Shown here in pieces: positions 58,056-64,000 of a stretch of DNA of 64,000 nucleotides. How positions within the stretch are numbered: the stretch's first letter is position 1; each line of letters starts with the position of its first letter. A model generated the notes under the pieces. It was not told the DNA's origin and did no database searches. It was given only the letters and a program-made list of their open reading frames with translations. The translations under genes and the position numbers were made by a program. The DNA is taken from the NCBI GenBank assembly GCA_963666425.2, contig OY762825.2, positions 1,408,001 to 1,472,000 of the forward strand. The letters are read 5' to 3'. This DNA is from Bacillota bacterium. GTDB lineage: Bacteria; Bacillota; JAAYKD01.

Positions 58056-58673
58056 ATGCTTAAGCGTTATCTTCCATTCATTATGTCGATTGGCATTGGT
58101 TTGTCTTACATCATCAGTGGGTCTTCGCCGGCCATTGCAGGCTGGAAAACCACTTTGGATAAATGGTTTCAAATCTCCACCGCTTTTGCGGTTTTAATTG
58201 GAACCGTCAGTTTATCCCAGGTCCATTGGCGTAATCTACGCCGACCGGACCGGCGAATTTACAGTGCTGCTCTGGGTATTGCTTTATATGGTACCATTCT
58301 ACTTGGCTTGATTCAAACAGGTAAAGGTGCCCAATATCAAACTTGGTATAATATGACGATTGTACCTTTGGAAGCTGCAATCCTCTCCCAAATTGCATTT
58401 TATATCACGGCTGCTGCTTTCCGTGTGCTGCGGATACGCTCCTTTGAAGCGTCCCTGATGCTGATTTCTGCCGTGTTTGTCATGCTATATAATGTTCCGA
58501 TCGGCGCAGCTATCTGGCCTGGCTTCCCGGTCATCGGCAAATGGCTGATGAGTATACCAAATACCGCAGCAATGCGCGCCATCACCATGGGCGCAGCGTT
58601 GGGAGGTTCAGCTACAGCAATCCGCGTTTTTCTTGGTCTGGAACGTTCCTATTTAGGCGGCGGTGATGAGTAG
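58056..58673 (+). CDS. Conserved hypothetical multi-pass membrane protein
   Basis: About 6 TM segments; FYITAAAFR..RIRS.EA and W.MSIPNTAAMRAI...RVFLGLER.YLG. Confidence 0.8.
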   Translation: MLKRYLPFIMSIGIGLSYIISGSSPAIAGWKTTLDKWFQISTAFAVLIGTVSLSQVHWRNLRRPDRRIYSAALGIALYGTILLGLIQTGKGAQYQTWYNMTIVPLEAAILSQIAFYITAAAFRVLRIRSFEASLMLISAVFVMLYNVPIGAAIWPGFPVIGKWLMSIPNTAAMRAITMGAALGGSATAIRVFLGLERSYLGGGDE

Positions 58674-58693
58674 AAATGAAAGGAGGGAGTTCA

Positions 58694-59551
58694 ATGTCCT
58701 TTTGGCGTAAACTAAATCAGATGGATAACCGGATTATTTATACCGCATTATTACTGATATTGATCGGCGCTCTGATCTTCCCAATGGGCCTTCCGATCAC
58801 CATTGGAACTTCTTCTCAGGCCGCCTATGATATATTCAACAATTTCAAAACTGGTGATATCTTATATGTCTCTTTTGATTATGATTCAGCCGGAGCGACT
58901 GATATCCAGTCCTCTGTTGTGTCATGCATCCGGCTTGTTTTTAAAAATGGTGGTCGGGTGGTAGCAGGCGCCCTATGGCCGATTGGTGCGCAGCAAGCTG
59001 AATACGCCTTTCGTGATATGCTGAAAGAATTTCCGGACTTGGTCGAAGGTGTCGATTATCTCAATCTTGGTTATAAACCCGGCGGACAAATGTATATCGA
59101 AAAAGCGATGGATAGTATTGTGGAAGCTTGTGCCAATGTTGATAATGCCGGCCGTAATCTATCGCAGTCTCCCATTATGAAGGACTTAAAAACACTGAAA
59201 GACGCTGCTGCCGTCATCTGCGGCAATCATGGCTCCCCCGGCGCTTCAGAATGGGTACCCATGTATGCGACATCTTATGCGGTACCGAACAAGATTCCTT
59301 TTGTTGTCTGTGCCTCGGCAGTCAATGCGACGATTAACGCACCTTATGTGCAGTCCGGTCAGATCACTGTCTATCTGAGCGGCATCCGCGCCGGTGCAGA
59401 AATGGAAATCCTAACCGAGCATCTGGGCAATGCCGTTGCCGGTATGGATGCGCAGAGTCTGTCTCATCTCTTGGTTCTTGGCTTGATGCTGTTGGGTAAT
59501 ATTTCCTATTTCATGGTTAAAAGAGAAGAGAAAGCCAAAAAGGAGGCGTAA
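58694..59551 (+). CDS. Conserved hypothetical membrane protein (TM, alpha/beta domain, TM)
   Basis: DNRIIY, SFDY, DYLNLGYKPG, PYVQSGQ...G..GAEME, MDAQSLSH; start at the ATG after AGGAGGG. Confidence 0.8.
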   Translation: MSFWRKLNQMDNRIIYTALLLILIGALIFPMGLPITIGTSSQAAYDIFNNFKTGDILYVSFDYDSAGATDIQSSVVSCIRLVFKNGGRVVAGALWPIGAQQAEYAFRDMLKEFPDLVEGVDYLNLGYKPGGQMYIEKAMDSIVEACANVDNAGRNLSQSPIMKDLKTLKDAAAVICGNHGSPGASEWVPMYATSYAVPNKIPFVVCASAVNATINAPYVQSGQITVYLSGIRAGAEMEILTEHLGNAVAGMDAQSLSHLLVLGLMLLGNISYFMVKREEKAKKEA

Positions 59552-59554
59552 AGC

Positions 59555-60196
59555 ATGCAGCTTTCAACAAGTTTTGCCGTATGGTTGACAGCGGGAATGA
59601 CTTTAGCGATTTATAGCGGCGTCTATAAAGAAAATCCATTTTATCGGCTCGTTGAACACATCTATGTTGGTGTTTCCGCCGGCAACGGTGTAGTTTCTAC
59701 CATTGACAACTATATCCGTCCAACGATTCAAATCGATCTTGCTGAAAATGGCACCTGGACCTATTTGATTCCGATCTTTATCGGTTTATTTGTTTATGCC
59801 CGATATAGCAAAAACCGTAAGATCAATTGGTTAAATCGTATCCCCCTGGCTTTTTGGGTCGGTATCGGTTCCGCAGTGGTGATCACGAAAGCCTTTAAGG
59901 CGAATTTCCTTTCTCAGATCACGGCTACTTTCCTGCCGGCTGTCACGAACAACCCTTTGACGATGTTCAATAACATTCTGATGATTGTTGGTGTCGTTTC
60001 TGTATTATCCTATTTCTTCTTTACTTTTGAAATGCCCAAGCCTTTAAAAGTAATGCCGAAATTTGGTCGTTACATTATGATGATCGGGTTCGGTGCTGCT
60101 TACGGCAATACAGTGCTGTCGCGTATTTCTGTTTTGCTTGGCCGTTTGCAATTTTTATTGGGTAATTGGTTGGGAATCATCCAAACCAGGGTCTAA
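59555..60196 (+). CDS. Conserved hypothetical multi-pass membrane protein
   Basis: TLAIYS..YKENPFYRLVEHIYVGVSAG, LSYFFFT, GRYIMMIGFGAAYGNTV..R...L.GRLQFL. Confidence 0.8.
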   Translation: MQLSTSFAVWLTAGMTLAIYSGVYKENPFYRLVEHIYVGVSAGNGVVSTIDNYIRPTIQIDLAENGTWTYLIPIFIGLFVYARYSKNRKINWLNRIPLAFWVGIGSAVVITKAFKANFLSQITATFLPAVTNNPLTMFNNILMIVGVVSVLSYFFFTFEMPKPLKVMPKFGRYIMMIGFGAAYGNTVLSRISVLLGRLQFLLGNWLGIIQTRV

Positions 60197-60271
60197 TCGG
60201 GCCAAGAAAGGAGCTCGAGCGTTTTCGTTCCGGCTCCTTTCATCCATCCAGGGATAAAAACAGAAAGAAGG

Positions 60272-61789
60272 ATGCCAAAGATGTCTAAGGCAGGTTTACT
60301 GCAGGAATTTCATGCTTATCAGCGAAAGACAGCCGCACAGCGTTATGTCAATTTTCTGATCAACTGGGATGCTGCCACAGAAGCACCTAAAAAAAGTATG
60401 CTCTATCGGGCTCAAATGCAGGGTGAATTGGCAGCGAATCAGTTTGCTTATCAAATGGATGCCAAAAATCTTGATCTCCTGGAGAATGTCAGCAGCCGCA
60501 GTGATATAGATGAACTCGATCGCCTCTCCGCTAAAAAATATTTAAAAGAGATCAATAAGATTCGTCATATCCCTCAAGAAAAGTACGTGCAATCGGTGCA
60601 AAACCGCTCGATTATCGCCCGGGTTTGGGAAGAAGCAAAACAGACCAACGATTATCCCTTGTTTGCGCCTTACCTGGATCAGTTCTTGAATGATGTTAAA
60701 ATGGCACTGGACTATCGGGATGTGCGGCAAGATGACCACTTTGACGTCTTGCTAGACGATAATGAAGAAGGAATGGATAGCCGAAAATACGATCTTTTCT
60801 TCACTGCCCTGAAAGCTGAACTCGTCCCTCTCACCAAAAAATGCTTACTCCAAGGCCGCAAAATCGATGACAGTTTACTCTATGCTGATGCAGCAAAAAG
60901 TAAACAGGAGGAGATGGTTCGCTATCTGGCGGATGTTTGCCATTATGATCTCAAAGCAGGCGTTATTAAGACCAGCGTTCACCCCTTTACCAGCAGTGCC
61001 GGTTCTCCGGATGATGTTCGCTTCACAGTTCGCTATCATGAGAATTACTTCACCGGATCACTCATGTCTGCCATGCATGAAATGGGCCATGCCATTCACG
61101 CTCAGCAGTGCGATCCCGCCAGTGCCGGTACGAATCTTTTCGGCGGACCTTCTGCCGGCATCGCCGAATCGCAGTCCCGTTTCAACGAAAACTATATCGG
61201 CCGCAGCCTCACTTTCTGGCAAACACATTACAATAAGCTGCGGCAAGTTTATCCGGAATTGCTGAAAAATGTGGAAGTCACTGATTTCTGGCGGGTGCTG
61301 AACCGGATCAAACCAACTGCCAATCGTTTGGAAGCCGATGAACTCTCCTATCCGTTCCATATCATTCTGCGTTATGAATTGGAAAGAGCTATTTTCTCAA
61401 ATCAAATCAATGTGCAAGAACTGCCTGAACTTTGGCGGGAAAAATCTCTGGAATATTTGGGTGTAGTACCGAAAAACGATAGTGAGGGAGTGCTTCAGGA
61501 TGTGCATTGGGGAGGAAATGTTGGCTTTGGCTATTTCCCGACCTATGCGCTCGGAACCGCTTATGCAGCTCAATTTCGGGCAGCCATGCAGCGCGAACTT
61601 GAAATTGACCAAGCAATACGAGACAATCGCCTTGATTTGGTCAATGGTTGGCTGAAAGAGAAAATCCATTTTCATTGCGGCAGCAAAACACCGGAGCAGA
61701 TTCTGCTGGAGGCAACCGGGGAGGCTTTCAACGTGCGCTATTACATCGATTATCTGAAAGAAAAATACGAAATGATTTATTTCCACTAA
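60272..61789 (+). CDS. Carboxypeptidase M32 (Taq-like)
   Basis: HPF, DVRFT, HEMGHA, ESQSRF, ADELSYPFHIILRYELE, GVLQDVHW, GYFPTYALG. Confidence 0.93.
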   Translation: MPKMSKAGLLQEFHAYQRKTAAQRYVNFLINWDAATEAPKKSMLYRAQMQGELAANQFAYQMDAKNLDLLENVSSRSDIDELDRLSAKKYLKEINKIRHIPQEKYVQSVQNRSIIARVWEEAKQTNDYPLFAPYLDQFLNDVKMALDYRDVRQDDHFDVLLDDNEEGMDSRKYDLFFTALKAELVPLTKKCLLQGRKIDDSLLYADAAKSKQEEMVRYLADVCHYDLKAGVIKTSVHPFTSSAGSPDDVRFTVRYHENYFTGSLMSAMHEMGHAIHAQQCDPASAGTNLFGGPSAGIAESQSRFNENYIGRSLTFWQTHYNKLRQVYPELLKNVEVTDFWRVLNRIKPTANRLEADELSYPFHIILRYELERAIFSNQINVQELPELWREKSLEYLGVVPKNDSEGVLQDVHWGGNVGFGYFPTYALGTAYAAQFRAAMQRELEIDQAIRDNRLDLVNGWLKEKIHFHCGSKTPEQILLEATGEAFNVRYYIDYLKEKYEMIYFH

Positions 61790-61815
61790 GGAGTCAGAAA
61801 GAAGGATGTTTTTCA

Positions 61816-63477
61816 ATGACAGACGTTCAATTGACCCAACTTTATCGTGAACAGGACCTACAGATTGCACTTTTTGCCGATCGTTTGCGGGATGCAAGGC
61901 GCTATGAAACCGATTTATTTATTCCAACTTTCGATGCAAAACTAAAAATGGAACAGCAGCTCAAGACGTTAAGTGCCGGTATTCAACAATTGTCAGCCCC
62001 GGATCCGGTCTATCAAATCATGCAGGAACACTATCGCAATTTTTTAACCGGTCAGGAAAAAGTGCTGCAAACGATGTTTGCGCGCCCCGCTCGTTACCTC
62101 AACAGCATCACCTATACTGTGACCAATTTGAGCCGCAAGGATAGTCGCGATGCGGCGACGCGCAGCAGTATCTTAATCAAACGCTTGGCGCAGGCAGAAG
62201 AGGTCTGGCAGGGTATTCTGGCCTGGTTGGAAACCGCTTCTGCCACTGATATTCAGGAAATGATCAATGCGCAGCAAATTATGGTGGCTACATTAAAAAA
62301 AGAGACTGAGCATCTGGCGGAGAATTTTTCCGGTTTAGCAGCCACGGACATCGGTAAAATTGCATCCGCGATTGAAGAAGTAAGCACACGCAGTCAAACA
62401 TGGCAAGCGGTTGCAGCAGCAATTCTGCAAAAAAAGGGAGTTCCGGTCATGGGAATGCTGCCGGATGACGCTTGTATCGGCTTTGAAGAAGAATATTACC
62501 GTAACCTGCTTTGGAACGAACTGGGTGTAGATTTGAAGGAGCTGTTATCCTGGTATCAGGAGGAAATTGAAAAAACACGCCAAGCCGTGTTTGCCATCGG
62601 CGCTCAGCTGCCCATACCGGAAAAAGCGCCGAAAACAATGCAGGAAGTCAATGCCATCCTGTTAAAATATGCCGGTCCAAAAAACACGCCTGCAGAAATG
62701 TTTGAAGCGGGCCGTAAATATCTGGCCATTTCCCGCGCTGCCTGCCGTTCGCATGTTTGGCTGCCCGATGATGAAACCTGCCAATTGAATCCGGTTCCGG
62801 AACAATTGAAAGTCTCTTATCCTTGGGGAGGTTACGGCGGCGGAGACAGCACACGCCGACCTTTGATTGGTGAAATGTTCCTGAATAATTATAATTATAA
62901 GGCAGTTACGGATGGCTGGATCAAGATGAACACCGTTCACGAAGCCTATCCGGGTCATCATGTCCAGTTTGTGCGCAATGCTCTGGATCATACCCCGGAA
63001 ACAATTAAAATGGGCAGCCGTTCTGTTCCCATTATGGAGGGCACCTGTCACCGCTCGGAGCGCGTCTTCATCGATAATTTTGCCGAGGATCCATTCTATC
63101 CGCTGTTCATCGCGTACCGTCGTCATCACACTTCGGTCCGGATCAAAGTGGATCTCGGTCTGCGCTACTTTGGCAAACCGATTGGCGAAGGCGTCAAGAC
63201 TTTTATGGATGAATTGGATTTTGATTATCACACTGCCCGAGGTCAAGTACAAGCGATGGAAACCATGCAGGGTTATTTCACTTGTTATTATTACGGCTAT
63301 AAGCGCCTGAGCGATTTAGAAGAAAAATACCACTTTGATGAAAAAGCCTATACGGAGCTGCTTTTCTCTGCCGGCAGAGTCAGTCTGGAAACATTTGAGA
63401 AATTTCTGATGCTAAGCCCCACAGACAAACAGCGCTATTGTAACGACTTCGCCAGCTTGCTGCAGTTTGGTGCGTAA
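61816..63477 (+). CDS. DUF885 family protein (putative metallopeptidase)
   Basis: HEAYPGHHVQ, MEG...SE, VD.GL, YYYG. Start placed at ATG 61816; the ORF-track extension overlaps the M32 gene. Confidence 0.8.
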   Translation: MTDVQLTQLYREQDLQIALFADRLRDARRYETDLFIPTFDAKLKMEQQLKTLSAGIQQLSAPDPVYQIMQEHYRNFLTGQEKVLQTMFARPARYLNSITYTVTNLSRKDSRDAATRSSILIKRLAQAEEVWQGILAWLETASATDIQEMINAQQIMVATLKKETEHLAENFSGLAATDIGKIASAIEEVSTRSQTWQAVAAAILQKKGVPVMGMLPDDACIGFEEEYYRNLLWNELGVDLKELLSWYQEEIEKTRQAVFAIGAQLPIPEKAPKTMQEVNAILLKYAGPKNTPAEMFEAGRKYLAISRAACRSHVWLPDDETCQLNPVPEQLKVSYPWGGYGGGDSTRRPLIGEMFLNNYNYKAVTDGWIKMNTVHEAYPGHHVQFVRNALDHTPETIKMGSRSVPIMEGTCHRSERVFIDNFAEDPFYPLFIAYRRHHTSVRIKVDLGLRYFGKPIGEGVKTFMDELDFDYHTARGQVQAMETMQGYFTCYYYGYKRLSDLEEKYHFDEKAYTELLFSAGRVSLETFEKFLMLSPTDKQRYCNDFASLLQFGA

Positions 63478-63504
63478 AACAGTCTAGCCAAATTGAGTAG
63501 AAAG

Positions 63505-63542
63505 GGCTGTAGCAAAATTATAAATTGCTACAGCCTTTTTTT
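63505..63542 (+). terminator. Intrinsic terminator
   Basis: GGCTGTAGCAA / TTGCTACAGCC followed by a T7 run. Confidence 0.85.
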
Positions 63543-63811
63543 GTGTGTAGTTGCTTGTTTCACCGGAGTATGCGCTGTACAGCCGCACACCGGCACGTAG
63601 GTAGCAAAAGTGATGACAGGCTGACCGGTGCTGCACTTGCCCTTTGTGCTTCTTCTGCTCAGTCTGCATTTCGACTTTAGTTTTCTCAACTGGCAGGTGA
63701 TCCAATACCTTTGATGTAACAAGTCCGCCTTGTTCAATTAAGGGGTGCAAATAAACCGCTTACTTTTTTACGGTAAACGGTTAACTGCACTCGACTAAAT
63801 GTAGTATTTTT

Positions 63812-64000
63812 TTATACGGAAATGAACTCAGCAAATCTCCGTAAGGCGTTGATAACAGCATTGTGTGATTTCCTACCAAGAGCCTCTTTGCAGCCACCAA
63901 AATCATATTGAGGTAAAATCGTCTCAATGTTCTCGGCTAAACCCTGCCATGATAAATGCTCGTCCTTGCATATTCTACTGATACGTTTGCCGTAATCATA
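63812..64000 (-). CDS. Hypothetical protein, C-terminal part (runs off window end)
   Basis: Manual translation YDYGKRISRICKDEHLSWQGLAENIETILPQYDFGGCKEALGRKSHNAVINALRRFAEFISV*; followed by a hairpin at about 63755-63782. Confidence 0.65.
   Translation of the reverse strand, partial: YDYGKRISRICKDEHLSWQGLAENIETILPQYDFGGCKEALGRKSHNAVINALRRFAEFISV

Noticed and set aside
63563-63593. Group II intron
   Set aside because: No catalytic triad, no domain VI and no reverse transcriptase ORF in the window.

Overview
Chromosomal window from a Bacillota (Firmicutes)-type genome, judged from sigma-A promoters, GGAGG RBSs, csaB/tagA/DUF5693 and topB. The flanks are housekeeping and nutrient genes: three MATE transporters, amidohydrolases, UPF0182, a GGDEF-EAL protein, split transketolase, an SCWP pyruvylation locus, topB, and a 4-gene membrane cluster followed by M32 and DUF885 peptidases. 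They enclose a visibly more AT-rich accessory island (~23.2-44.2 kb) at the 3' end of the transketolase gene. The main candidate for a new system is a tightly coupled 8-gene minus-strand operon (39937->24871): MORC-like GHKL ATPase, degenerate-NERD/SF1 helicase, beta-helix protein, DrmA-like SF2 helicase, DrmB-like DUF1998 protein, NERD/SF1 helicase, B12-binding-type radical SAM enzyme, second GHKL ATPase. This is a DISARM-like core with no DNA methyltransferase and no PLD nuclease, but with a radical SAM enzyme and two paralog pairs. The island also holds an AbiE toxin-antitoxin pair with operator repeats, an AAA-DUF4143 gene with 23-bp promoter repeats, a 6S-sized structured RNA candidate, a degenerate tRNA 3' end, a dinD fragment and a decayed second transketolase 3' end. 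An attenuator-controlled ABC-F gene lies just left of the island. All family assignments come from motif recognition by eye; no database searches were run.
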